The notes: generated by a model not told the origin, from the letters alone. Positions 1 to 10,155 are shown, counted from the first letter of the stretch. The stretch is 64,000 nucleotides of DNA from an uncultured Bacteroidaceae bacterium (GCA_964538375.1 CAZIFQ010000010.1:12738-76737), one strand, 5' to 3'. Program-made: numbers and translations.

Positions 1-66
1 TCCTGATTGAGCAACTAATCCGGAAAAGATTGATGTCAATAATAGTAAAGTGATAAGTTTTCTCAT
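1..66 (-). CDS. 5' end of a secreted protein gene (truncated by window edge)
   Basis: Minus strand from ATG at 66 reads MRKLITLLLLTSIFSGLVAQSG, a typical Bacteroidota Sec signal peptide with A-Q cleavage; open to window edge. Confidence 0.7.
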   Translation of the reverse strand, partial: MRKLITLLLLTSIFSGLVAQSG

Positions 67-190
67 GAGAAAGAATTTTGAAATGTTAGTTTTGAAATTT
101 GCAGAAATGCAATTTACAATATTTTCTAAATTTACAATTTAAACAGGTGCTTAATAGTGGAATGATTTTTGAAGAGAATAATTAGAAAAA

Positions 191-670
191 ATGTTAAGAA
201 AAATCAGAAATATATTTGTGAAAAACACCGATTCAGAGATGGCAGAAAAGAGAGAAAGGAAGATCTTTGCAAAGATATATGCAAGAAAAGCAAAGAAATC
301 ATTTGATTCCGGAGTCAGGAAAATGGGAACCGAGGCAAAGGAAACGAAGGAGATGGCAAAACTGTTTTTCAACCTTCTTGAGCAAAAATTAAATTTAAAA
401 AACCGGAAAGAACCACCAACAAAAGAAGAGGTAAAAGAGGCAATCGAGCAATTAAAAGATGTGGGCAGGGTTTCATTTTTTGCCACAATTTCTATACTGC
501 CGGGAGGAGCTGTTTCTTTAATAGGGATTGAAATGCTGGCAGCAAAATTCGGCATAAAGAATTTCACCTTTATACCCTCTTCATTCAGAAAAAATTCGGA
601 ATGGCACTATCCTAAAGGCCATAGGAAAAAAGGTAAACAAGACCCCCAAACACTCAAAGAGAAGAATTAG
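191..670 (+). CDS. small LETM1-like hypothetical protein
   Basis: 159 aa; C-terminal 'TKEEVKEAIEQLKDVGR..TISILPGG..FIPSSF' resembles bacterial LETM1-domain proteins. Confidence 0.55.
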   Translation: MLRKIRNIFVKNTDSEMAEKRERKIFAKIYARKAKKSFDSGVRKMGTEAKETKEMAKLFFNLLEQKLNLKNRKEPPTKEEVKEAIEQLKDVGRVSFFATISILPGGAVSLIGIEMLAAKFGIKNFTFIPSSFRKNSEWHYPKGHRKKGKQDPQTLKEKN

Positions 671-687
671 CCAAAGTGTATTCAGTT

Positions 688-714
688 CGTAACATTTTGG
701 AAGATTTTACGTAC
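688..714 (+). promoter_or_regulatory. ECF-sigma-like promoter upstream of CotH gene
   Basis: CGTAAC-N16-CGTAC, matching the (T)GTAAC/TGAAAC-N16-CGT ECF pattern, 38 nt before the ATG. Confidence 0.4.
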
Positions 715-751
715 ATTAGGCAGCTCAAATTATCAGCATATTGTACTCATA

Positions 752-3700
752 ATGATTGGATTAATTATACGTATATGCTTCGGGAAGTTAGTGTCGGGAT
801 CGAATAAGATAATTGCCACTTTAGCCATACTCATCTTCATTTTCAGCTCTGACGTCTATTCCCAGTTGGTTCTCAATGAAATGATGCCATTTAACGGCAC
901 AACAATATCTGATCAATTCAATGAATATCCCGATTGGGTGGAAGTTTATAACGCTGGAACGGAAACATTATCCCTTGAAAACTACTGGCTTAGTGATGAT
1001 AAAGCCATTCCAAAGAAATGGAATCTTCCTGCAGTTGATTTACAAGCAGGAGAATATATGGTTTATTTTGCATCGGGAAGAGACATTACCACTGATATAT
1101 CCTACTGGCATACCGTTGCTGATTTGGCAGATCAATGGAAGTATTATTTACCGGTTTCAGATATTGGAGATACGTGGAAAAGCACTGCTTCAGCAGCCAG
1201 TTCCTGGCCCCTCGGGAAGATTGGAATTGGCTATAGTGACAATGATGATTCTACCCAGGTTAGTCATACTATTTCATTGTATATGCAGTATACCTTCGAT
1301 CTTACAGATCCATCCCAGGTTAATCGTGCTGCTCTGTACATGGATTATGACGATGGGTTTATTGCCTATCTGAACGGTTCAGAGATAGCAAGAAGTTCTA
1401 ATATGGGGCAGTATGGAGATGTCTTTGCATATAATGATCCATCCCTCTCAAACAGAGAGGCGATAATGTATAATGGGAATACCCCGGAATTATATAGTGT
1501 GTCTGATTATATTGATCTCCTGCAAAGCGGGGAAAACTTGCTGTCCATAGAAGTGCACAATGTAAGCTTAACTTCTTCAGATTTGTCAGCTATTCCGTTT
1601 TTTCTACTGGGATTTAGTAGCGTTCAAGATCAGTTTTCTTTGGGGAATAGCCATATCGTAGTAAATAACGTTTTCCCTCATACAAATTTTAAGATTGCCT
1701 ATGGTGGAGAAGCCATCTACCTCGCTGATGGAACAGGTTCAATCCTTGACTCTATACCTACATACTATGTGCCGCAGGATTATTCGCTTGGGAGAATAGT
1801 AAGTGATCCGGAACAGTTTGGCTATTTTGAAGAAGCCACACCCGGTTATGAAAATAGTCCGGTCTATGCCATGGAATTTGTTTCTGATTCGGTTGCTTTT
1901 ATTGCAAGCGGAAAGGAGTATGATCCTGTTCAGGACCTTGAATTAAATGCAACTAATCTTGAAGATGTAATTTATTATACAAGGGATGGTTCTGAACCAG
2001 GTTTAAGTTCTTCTGTATACTCTGGGAACCTGTCTGTTAACTCTACGACAGTTATAAGGGCAAGAGTGATCAGGGAAAACCAGCTTCCGGGACCAGTAAC
2101 TACAAAAACTTTCTTTACTGGCCGCAAACCCGAAATACCAAGGGTATCTGTATCAACAGCACCGGGAAATCTATATGATTATAATGAGGGAATTCTAGCT
2201 AACGGACCTAACTGGACTTCCGGGAACCCGCATTGGGGAGCAAATTATTGGCAAGATTGGGAAAAACCGGTGAATCTTGAAATTTATGATACAGATGGAA
2301 CGGAGTGGCTCAACCAGGGTGCCGGCACGAAAGTATACGGAGCATGGTCACGAGCAAATGCCCAGAAGTCTTTGTCTTTCTTCGCAAGGAGCGCATATGG
2401 GGACGGGAGTTTTTCAAAACAACTTTTTGAGAAGAAGGATATCAGCAAATTCGAATCTTTCATCATTCGAAATGGAGGGAATGATTTTAACCAGTCTTTA
2501 TTCAGAGATGCGATATCAGCTTACCTGGCTGATGATATGGATCTTGATCACCAGGCTTACCAACCGGCAGTCGTTTACCTGAATGGCGACTATCATGGCA
2601 TAATGAATATGCGGGAAAAGATTAATGAGCATTTTATTGCTGCTAACAACCATGTACATCCTGGAGATGTCAATCTTCTTGAAGCAGGAGGAAAAGTGGT
2701 TGATGGAAGCGCGGCTTCTTATTCGGTGCTCCTAAATTATATTCGAAACAATAATCTTAGTACTTCTGCAAATTATGAAGCCGTACAATCTATGATGGAT
2801 GTTGATAATTTTATACGTTATTGGATACTGCAGGTATATATCGATAACAGGGACTGGCCGGGTAACAATATTAAATTCTGGTCAACAGATGCGGAAGGAT
2901 CAAAATATCGCTGGATTGTATATGATACTGATTTTGGGTTATGGGGACAGTATTGGGATTCAAATCCTGCATATGTTTATAATACGCTTCGATTTGCATT
3001 CAGTGAAGGTCCGGATATAACATGGGCAAACCAACAATGGGCTACGGAGATAATCAGGAATTTGATCGTAAATACAGAGTTCAAGAACTCATTTATTAAC
3101 CAGGTGGCGGATAGAATGAATACTACATTACTTCCCGAAAATATTATTCATGTCGTTGATTCTTTTCAACTTGCGATACAAGCAGAAGCACCATATCATT
3201 TCCAAAGATGGGGTAATACCATGAGCAATTGGAACAATAAATTAGATAATATAAGAGCTTTTGCAAATGAGCGACCCTCATACATGATTGATGATATGTT
3301 GTTTCAATTTAGTTTGAATGGTACTGCCAGAGTCACTGCGAATGTAACCGATCCCGGTAGTGGTTCAATCAGGGTAAACAGCATCGTTCCAAAGGCATAT
3401 CCATTTTCTGGCACCTACTATAAAAATATTCCAATTCAGCTTGAGGCTATTCCGGCACCTGGGTATAGATTTTCACACTGGGAGGGAGATGTCGAGTCAT
3501 CCTCAAAGATCATTGATTTTAGCATGGCAAAAGGAGGTAGTTTTAATGCTGTATTCTACGCTGCACCGGAGCTCAATATAAACCTGGTTATTAATGAAAT
3601 AAATTATGCGTCATCTCCTGAACGGAATACAGAGGACTGGGTTGAGCTGTATAATGGTTCACTTGTTTCAGTTGATCTGGGGGCTTGGCGATTAATGGAT

Positions 3701-4348
3701 AATTCATCAGGAGGAATATATTTTATACCTTCCGGGACCATAATTCCAAGTAAAGGATACATGGTATTTTGCCGGGATATACCCGATTTTAAAAGGTTTT
3801 ATCCTGAATCATCTCCTGTATTGGGAGAGTTAAGTTTTGGACTGAACAGTGACAGTGATGGTATTTCATTGCTGGATCCTTTTTACAATGTTCATGATGA
3901 AGTAATATACGGATCTGTTGCGCCGTGGCCGGAAGAGCCAAACGGTACAGGAGCTACCCTGGAGCTGATTCATCATAAAATGGATAATGCGATTGCCGAT
4001 AATTGGAAAGCTTCACTTAATGATGAAGGAACACCTAACCAGGTCAACAGTCAGTTTAAGATCGGAATTGATATTCCCGAAATATTGCCGACACTTGATA
4101 TTGAACTTTACCCAACAGTATTCAGTGATATAACAAGCTTGAGATTGAGTATTTCAATGGTTGAACAGGTAAGTGTATCAGTTGTCTCCATGACAGGTAG
4201 AGTGGTTGAAGTATTGGCAAACGGAACACTGATACCGGGAGAATATCAATACGATTGGAGACCGGATGCAAGCATTGAACCAGGAATGTACTTTATTCGT
4301 GTGAGCACCAACAGCAGTGCACAAACATTTAAGGTCATCTACCAGTAG
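752..4348 (+). CDS. CotH kinase family protein with lamin-tail domains and T9SS type A C-terminal sorting domain
   Basis: Signal peptide; lamin-tail motifs (LVLNEMM..DWVEVYN, INEINY..DWVELYN); YYTRDGSEP; CotH motifs YLNGDYHG, REKINE, NRDWPGNN, YDTDFG; C-terminal 'YPT..GMYFIRV..FKVIYQ' CTD. Confidence 0.9.
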   Translation: MIGLIIRICFGKLVSGSNKIIATLAILIFIFSSDVYSQLVLNEMMPFNGTTISDQFNEYPDWVEVYNAGTETLSLENYWLSDDKAIPKKWNLPAVDLQAGEYMVYFASGRDITTDISYWHTVADLADQWKYYLPVSDIGDTWKSTASAASSWPLGKIGIGYSDNDDSTQVSHTISLYMQYTFDLTDPSQVNRAALYMDYDDGFIAYLNGSEIARSSNMGQYGDVFAYNDPSLSNREAIMYNGNTPELYSVSDYIDLLQSGENLLSIEVHNVSLTSSDLSAIPFFLLGFSSVQDQFSLGNSHIVVNNVFPHTNFKIAYGGEAIYLADGTGSILDSIPTYYVPQDYSLGRIVSDPEQFGYFEEATPGYENSPVYAMEFVSDSVAFIASGKEYDPVQDLELNATNLEDVIYYTRDGSEPGLSSSVYSGNLSVNSTTVIRARVIRENQLPGPVTTKTFFTGRKPEIPRVSVSTAPGNLYDYNEGILANGPNWTSGNPHWGANYWQDWEKPVNLEIYDTDGTEWLNQGAGTKVYGAWSRANAQKSLSFFARSAYGDGSFSKQLFEKKDISKFESFIIRNGGNDFNQSLFRDAISAYLADDMDLDHQAYQPAVVYLNGDYHGIMNMREKINEHFIAANNHVHPGDVNLLEAGGKVVDGSAASYSVLLNYIRNNNLSTSANYEAVQSMMDVDNFIRYWILQVYIDNRDWPGNNIKFWSTDAEGSKYRWIVYDTDFGLWGQYWDSNPAYVYNTLRFAFSEGPDITWANQQWATEIIRNLIVNTEFKNSFINQVADRMNTTLLPENIIHVVDSFQLAIQAEAPYHFQRWGNTMSNWNNKLDNIRAFANERPSYMIDDMLFQFSLNGTARVTANVTDPGSGSIRVNSIVPKAYPFSGTYYKNIPIQLEAIPAPGYRFSHWEGDVESSSKIIDFSMAKGGSFNAVFYAAPELNINLVINEINYASSPERNTEDWVELYNGSLVSVDLGAWRLMDNSSGGIYFIPSGTIIPSKGYMVFCRDIPDFKRFYPESSPVLGELSFGLNSDSDGISLLDPFYNVHDEVIYGSVAPWPEEPNGTGATLELIHHKMDNAIADNWKASLNDEGTPNQVNSQFKIGIDIPEILPTLDIELYPTVFSDITSLRLSISMVEQVSVSVVSMTGRVVEVLANGTLIPGEYQYDWRPDASIEPGMYFIRVSTNSSAQTFKVIYQ

Positions 4349-4380
4349 TTGGAAACACTAACTCTTATAATATAAGCACT

Positions 4381-5292
4381 ATGAAAAAAATGATTTTGCG
4401 TGCAGGATGCATTGTTGCGTTCTGTGCAGCTCTTACAATTTCTTGTAAAAACACTTCTGGTGGCAGCAAAACAACTGCTGAATATGATTTTACCTTTGCT
4501 TTTTTAACAGATATCCATGTTGAATTCGACAAAAATGCTGATAAAGGATTTACCAAAGCAATTGAACATGTCAATAGTATAGCACCGGATTTTGTTGTGA
4601 TGGGTGGAGATCTGGTTGCTGATGCCCTGGGACAAACCGAAGAAACGGCTATAAGTTTTTATGATCTGTACCTCAAGTTGAGGAAGGATTTTGAATGTCC
4701 TGTATACAATGCGCTTGGTAACCATGAGGAATTTGGATTTTATGTTCGTAGCGGGGTGTCTCCTGATCATGAACTCTACGGAGACAAGATGTATGAGAAG
4801 AAAATCGGGAAACGATTCTATGCTTTTAATGAAAAAGGATGGCGCTTTTATATCCTTGACTCAGTTGAGGAAACGCCAGATCGTCATTATTTTGGGAGTG
4901 TAGATTCCTCTCAGCTGGCATGGATCAGGCATGATCTTGAATCAGTGGATCCCGCAACTCCTATAGTGATAACAACCCATATACCACTGCTTACGTCTTT
5001 CTCCCAGATACGGGGAGGAGCAATGGCCCAAAATTCGAGGGGACTGGTTGTAGAGAATTCAAAAGAAGTATTGGATGCTTTTGAAGGCCATAATCTTAAA
5101 CTTGTTCTCCAGGGACATCTGCATATATTGGAAGAGGCCTATATCAATGGCATTACTTTTATTACCGGGGGAGCCGTTTGCGCCAGGTGGTGGGAAGGTC
5201 CGAAAGATGGAATGGAAGAGGGCTATGTCCTTCTCAAGGTAAAAGGAGAAGAAATTGACTGGGAGTACATTGACTATGGATGGGAAGTGTGA
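4381..5292 (+). CDS. calcineurin-like metallophosphoesterase lipoprotein (Icc/CpdA-like)
   Basis: Lipobox TISC; motifs TDIH, GGDL, GNHE, HIP, GHLH. Confidence 0.9.
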   Translation: MKKMILRAGCIVAFCAALTISCKNTSGGSKTTAEYDFTFAFLTDIHVEFDKNADKGFTKAIEHVNSIAPDFVVMGGDLVADALGQTEETAISFYDLYLKLRKDFECPVYNALGNHEEFGFYVRSGVSPDHELYGDKMYEKKIGKRFYAFNEKGWRFYILDSVEETPDRHYFGSVDSSQLAWIRHDLESVDPATPIVITTHIPLLTSFSQIRGGAMAQNSRGLVVENSKEVLDAFEGHNLKLVLQGHLHILEEAYINGITFITGGAVCARWWEGPKDGMEEGYVLLKVKGEEIDWEYIDYGWEV

Positions 5293-5325
5293 TATGGATC
5301 AAGGATAAAGTAAAAAGTAAAAAGG

Positions 5326-5357
5326 AAAAAGGGGAAGCACATTGCTTCCCCTTTTTT
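5326..5357. terminator. bidirectional intrinsic terminator
   Basis: AAAAAGGGGAAGCA-CAT-TGCTTCCCCTTTTTT between convergent genes. Confidence 0.85.
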
Positions 5358-5364
5358 ATTATAC

Positions 5365-5387
5365 GGTTCCCGAGCGGAGCCGAAAGG
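5365..5387. repeat. REP-like element remnant
   Basis: GGTTCCCGAGCGGAGCCGAAAGG resembles the 'CCCTGAGCGGAG(T/C)CGAAGGG' intergenic repeat type; lies just 3' of a stop codon. Confidence 0.45.
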
Positions 5388-5394
5388 TTATTTT

Positions 5395-8196
5395 TTACTT
5401 CACTTCTACAAGCACCGGCTCACCGAGGCCTATTTCAGACAGCGGTTTTAATTGTGTCGCTGCATCACCAACCACTACATAGATCATCTTGTCAGGGTTG
5501 ATATACTTCTGAGCCAACGCTTTGTGTTGCTCTAATGTCATGTTGCGAAGGACATCTTCTTCCTTCTTAACATAATCCTTCGGCAGATCAAATGAAATGA
5601 TTTCATCTAACATGCCTTGTAATGCATACAATGTTTCATAATTGAGGGCATTGGATTTCAGCATGGCATCTTTGGTAAAGGCAAGGTCCTCTTCAGGAAT
5701 ACCCTCACGGTATTTATTCATCTCGTCGATGAAGATTTCCACAGCTTCCTTAGTAGCACCGGATCTCACACTTGAACTGGCATTAAACGTACCATAAGTG
5801 TTATTCCTTGAGAAGCCAGAGCGTGCCCCGTAAGTAAATCCTTTTTCTTCACGTAAGATCATGTTGAGATAGCTGTTAAATGCACCGCCCAGCTTATAAT
5901 TCATGACATTAGCTGCGTAATGATCCAGGTAATCTCCTGGCTCATAAAGATTTCCTATACTTATTACAGACTGTTTAGCACCCGGAAAATCTACGAAATA
6001 GATTTTTGACTCCGGCTCGTTGCTTACTTCAATCTTAGAAATATTCACTTCTTTTGGAGCCCAGGCCTCTGCAAGAGGAGCAAAAGCAGCATCAGCATCA
6101 GCTTTATTGATATCTCCAACCACTCTTAGCGTAGAAATGCTGGGCGAGAATATAGTTTCATAATAAGCTTTCAGATCATCAATTGTTATCGCTTCAATAG
6201 TTTCAATAGTTCCACTGTTTGGTAAGGCAAGTAGTGTCCCTTCACCGAACAGCAGATTATTAAATGCCTGCCTGGCAAGATAATTTGAATTGGCTTTGTT
6301 TCTCATCAGCATGTTGATGTTTTTCATCTTGGCCAGTTCAAACTCTTCCTCATCCCATCTTGGCTCTAACAAAATCTCTTGCACCAATTCAATGGTTTTA
6401 TCAAGGTTTCTTGCTAATGTACTTACCGATACTGTAATTGCTTCAGATCCTGTATACATGTAAATATTTGCTCCAAGCATGTCGATGGCCTCTTCCAACT
6501 CTTCAGGTGTTTTATTGGCTGTTCCTTCCATCATCAGGTCAGTAATCAGATTGGCAACACCGGCTTTATCAGGTTTATCCATCAGGTGTCCGCCTTCTAT
6601 TTCAATGACATAATTTATTAGTGGCACTTCGTGATGCTCAATACCTGAAACTTTGATTCCGTTATCAAGCTCTGAGGTCCAGACTTCAGGAACATTAAGA
6701 ACAGGATCAGGACCGAAAGGTGGTTCCACAGATCTGTCAAATGAAGATGGAGTTTTTTCAATTTCCTCATCTTCGGCTATTACTTCCTTATTGCCATAAG
6801 CATTGTCCAGACTCTCTTCTACAATATCAGCTTTTACACAATTTTCTGCTATAAGTCCTACTTCTCCTTTGGGAACAAAACTGGTTAACACATAATTGTT
6901 ATCCTTGATGTAAGTGTTGTATACACGCAGAACATCTTCAATAGTAACAGCTTTGATGTTTTCAATATCCTGTTTTATAAAGCCGGGATCACCGGCATAC
7001 TCATTATAATATGCCAATTGGTATGCTTTTCCCAATACAGAACTGATACCGCTATAGAAACCGGTTTCAAGTCCTGCTTTGATTCTTTCAAGGTCAGATT
7101 CCTGAATTCCTTCTTCTTCAAACATGGCAAATGCTTCAAATATTGCTGCTTCAGCATCTGCAAGACTGGTGCCTGCATTTGCCGGAACGGAGATGTAAAA
7201 TTTACCACCTAATTCCATCGCCCTGTTATACACTCTTACACGAGAAGTCATCTTCTTATCTTTTACAAGAACCTTATACATTGGGGCTTTTTTACCAGTA
7301 CCCAATAATTGACTAAGAAAGCTTAAGGCATAGGCATCGGGGTGGAATTGCTCTACAGTAGGCCAAACCATGGTTAGCAAAGGTGTCCTGGCAAAGTTGT
7401 CTTCATGGTAAAGTTTTTTGGTTTCGTCAAGTGTGAAAGGAATAGGATCCATATCTGTCACTTTTTCGCCTGAAGGAATCTCCCCAAAATATTTTTCAAC
7501 CAGGGGCTTGACATCTTCAATTTCAAAATCACCTGCAAGTACAATTGTTGCATTGTTAGGTACATAGAAACTGGCGTGAAATTCTTTTACATCTTCGACT
7601 GTAGCAGTGAACACATCTTCCATTTCGCCAATGACCTGCCAGCTGTATGGATGTCCTTCAGGGAACAGGTTCCTATCAATAACCCAACCATTATGGCCAT
7701 AAGGATTGTTGTCAACCACCTGTCGTTTCTCGTTTATTACAACGTCTTGTTGATTTGCAAAGGCAGATTGAGTAATAGTATTGACCAGGTACCCCATCCT
7801 GTCTGATTCCAGCCAGAGGGCTAATTCGAGGGCATTTTTTGGGACAATCTCGTAGTACATTGTTCCGTCATTACCAGTTCCTCCATTAAGTGTTCCTCCT
7901 GCACCCTGGATCTTCTTAAAAAATTGATCCTGACCAACGTTTTCTGATTCCTGGAACATCATATGCTCAAAGAGATGCGCAAAACCGGTCTTACCAATTT
8001 TTTCCCTGTTGGAACCAACATGATACTGAATTGCAACAGAAACAATTGGATCTGATTTATCCTGGTGAAGAATAACATCCAGGCCATTTTCGAGTGTATA
8101 ATGCTCAAAATCAATAGATAGGGTTTCTTTGTTGCTCTGACATGAGACTACAAGCAACAGTAGAAATGCGGTTAGAATATAAGTGAGTTTTTTCAT
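5395..8196 (-). CDS. M16 family zinc protease (pitrilysin/PqqL-like), lipoprotein
   Basis: Lipobox VVSC; inverted zinc motif HLFEH; two M16 halves; LREEKGFTYG. Confidence 0.93.
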   Translation of the reverse strand: MKKLTYILTAFLLLLVVSCQSNKETLSIDFEHYTLENGLDVILHQDKSDPIVSVAIQYHVGSNREKIGKTGFAHLFEHMMFQESENVGQDQFFKKIQGAGGTLNGGTGNDGTMYYEIVPKNALELALWLESDRMGYLVNTITQSAFANQQDVVINEKRQVVDNNPYGHNGWVIDRNLFPEGHPYSWQVIGEMEDVFTATVEDVKEFHASFYVPNNATIVLAGDFEIEDVKPLVEKYFGEIPSGEKVTDMDPIPFTLDETKKLYHEDNFARTPLLTMVWPTVEQFHPDAYALSFLSQLLGTGKKAPMYKVLVKDKKMTSRVRVYNRAMELGGKFYISVPANAGTSLADAEAAIFEAFAMFEEEGIQESDLERIKAGLETGFYSGISSVLGKAYQLAYYNEYAGDPGFIKQDIENIKAVTIEDVLRVYNTYIKDNNYVLTSFVPKGEVGLIAENCVKADIVEESLDNAYGNKEVIAEDEEIEKTPSSFDRSVEPPFGPDPVLNVPEVWTSELDNGIKVSGIEHHEVPLINYVIEIEGGHLMDKPDKAGVANLITDLMMEGTANKTPEELEEAIDMLGANIYMYTGSEAITVSVSTLARNLDKTIELVQEILLEPRWDEEEFELAKMKNINMLMRNKANSNYLARQAFNNLLFGEGTLLALPNSGTIETIEAITIDDLKAYYETIFSPSISTLRVVGDINKADADAAFAPLAEAWAPKEVNISKIEVSNEPESKIYFVDFPGAKQSVISIGNLYEPGDYLDHYAANVMNYKLGGAFNSYLNMILREEKGFTYGARSGFSRNNTYGTFNASSSVRSGATKEAVEIFIDEMNKYREGIPEEDLAFTKDAMLKSNALNYETLYALQGMLDEIISFDLPKDYVKKEEDVLRNMTLEQHKALAQKYINPDKMIYVVVGDAATQLKPLSEIGLGEPVLVEVK

Positions 8197-8422
8197 AAAT
8201 TAATGATTAAAGATGAGACGTTTGAATTATTGACGTATAAAAATACCTAATTTCTTCTTAATAAGCAGCTACTATTTTATCAAACATATTGGATGTTGTG
8301 TTAATTTTTTTTTGCGATACGGGTGGAGGATCATCTCTTACATTTTTCTAAATCTCAAATTGAGATAATAAATCTCCATTTTGTGATTTAATTCCCCCAG
8401 TATTAACATTAAAATTGGTCAT

Positions 8423-8515
8423 ATGAGAATTGGTATTGTACTTGCTATCCTGGTAATGTTAGCCTCTTGCCAGGCAAATAAAAATCCGGAAACAGAAGCC
8501 AGTAAAGAACAATAG
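8423..8515 (+). CDS. 30-codon lipoprotein ORF or truncated gene remnant
   Basis: MRIGIVLAILVMLASCQANKNPETEASKEQ*, with a canonical lipoprotein signal (LASC). Confidence 0.45.
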   Translation: MRIGIVLAILVMLASCQANKNPETEASKEQ

Positions 8516-8573
8516 ATATCAGAAAAATTGAACTCCTTGATTTGAGTAAATAAAGGTATTTGCAAATTGTTGT

Positions 8574-9956
8574 TTATTTCACACTTCCCGGAAGAAACAT
8601 ATCTTTGGTTTGAAGGTTGAATTCATGTAGCATTTCAAGTGACCAGTCGAGCTGTCCAAGGTTTTCTGCAGAAGTGTTATTGGTTCCCATGGCAAATTTT
8701 ACACCCTCTTCCTTGGCTCGCTGAATAAATTTCCCCCCCGGCAATTTTAACCTGCTGTTTAACTCCAGTGCGACACCGTTATCTTTTAGCGCCTTGATAA
8801 CACGATCCACCCTTTCATCGGTCCATAGTTCTTCATACCGGTCTTCAATTTCTTTTGGGAGAAAAGTGGGATTTACATAGATAGAGATAGGCTCAGTAGC
8901 AATTTTCTCTATCTGAGCCACCAGTTGTTCCATGAAATCCTCAGGGTCTCCAACCTCGGTTTCTTCGGGGATCCATAAGCGCATACGTTTACCATTAGTA
9001 TTGGTCCATGTCATAGCATCTGTGAAAGCATAGTCAAACCCGGCTATCAAATCGGGAGAAAACATATTTACCCATTCCCGGCCTTCAGCTTGCATGGCTT
9101 TAAAGATTGGTAATCCTTCAATAGAATTCAGGTAATCTTCCAGTTCTTCATTGCTTTGTATGGGAAAGTTAAGGCCGCAGTTAGCTGCAATACCATAGTT
9201 AACTCCCAGAGAAGAAGAAATATGTAATGCCTCATCCATGGTAAGACCTCCCTTGATATGAACATGATAATCGACTACTGGTATATTCCTGATATTCAGC
9301 ATAGTAATTTGTTTTATATAGTGGGGATCATCACTTTTTTGAACCTCGCCGGCAGCAAGTTTCTCAACAGTTAATTTACGTATGCTGAGTTCACTGTTTC
9401 CGTAAAATGTTTTTATGGCAAAGGTGCCTGAACCGAGTCTCCGCTTTTCGTATTCACTCGTGCGGAATGGAATCTCTGGCTCGACATAATTCACAACGGG
9501 AAGGTCATTGACAAATACTTTGATGTGATTTTCCACAACGCGAATCCGTAATTCAAACCAGTCCCCGTCATTCACCATGTTATAGTTTACATTCCTGATG
9601 GATGCCAGGCTTCCGGTTTTAAGAAGCCGGTTCCAGTCTCCAACGGCAGAATTATCAATTTTTATTTCATAGCCACGCTCAGGATCTTTATGTCTTGTAT
9701 GAAACATAAGGGCTCCAGAAGCACCAGGACTGGTTTTTATTTCAGCAAGAAGCTCGAAGTTTTCAAATGTTTTGAAGAGTCCCGGCCGGTATACAAGCGT
9801 CTTGTATTCTCCGCTTATATTAATGACTTCTTCACTTATGTTCATTTCTTCACCACTCCATTTTGAAAGGTCTTTTAAAAGATCAAGGGATTTATTAGTC
9901 GAGTTGCAGCTATACAGGACAAGGATGGCCAATAATAAAAATGTTACTTTTTTCAT
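8574..9956 (-). CDS. DUF1080 (3-keto-disaccharide hydrolase-like) + PHP-like domain lipoprotein
   Basis: Lipobox LYSC; N-terminal FENFEL..GYEIKI..KTGSL..WFELRIRV; C-terminal DYHVHIKGG, ALELNS, FAMGTNN. Confidence 0.75.
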   Translation of the reverse strand: MKKVTFLLLAILVLYSCNSTNKSLDLLKDLSKWSGEEMNISEEVINISGEYKTLVYRPGLFKTFENFELLAEIKTSPGASGALMFHTRHKDPERGYEIKIDNSAVGDWNRLLKTGSLASIRNVNYNMVNDGDWFELRIRVVENHIKVFVNDLPVVNYVEPEIPFRTSEYEKRRLGSGTFAIKTFYGNSELSIRKLTVEKLAAGEVQKSDDPHYIKQITMLNIRNIPVVDYHVHIKGGLTMDEALHISSSLGVNYGIAANCGLNFPIQSNEELEDYLNSIEGLPIFKAMQAEGREWVNMFSPDLIAGFDYAFTDAMTWTNTNGKRMRLWIPEETEVGDPEDFMEQLVAQIEKIATEPISIYVNPTFLPKEIEDRYEELWTDERVDRVIKALKDNGVALELNSRLKLPGGKFIQRAKEEGVKFAMGTNNTSAENLGQLDWSLEMLHEFNLQTKDMFLPGSVK

Positions 9957-10155
9957 GGATCAGGAGAGGTTTACGTGATTGATTGTCAAAATTAACAATA
10001 ACTGTGATTTTCGGGTGTATGTTTTTTTAAAAGCATAGATACACGACTTTATTTCGCGAAATACCTTAAATTTATGGACTTAAAATTCAGAGAGAAAGAA
10101 TAAACATTTTCGATTCCCTGATGTTAGCTAATTGAAAATAAATTTGAAAAATAAG

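Noticed and set aside
151-567. 138-aa minus-strand ORF
   Set aside because: Antisense shadow of the 191..670 gene; Phe/Ser-rich composition is the complement of a Lys/Glu-rich frame
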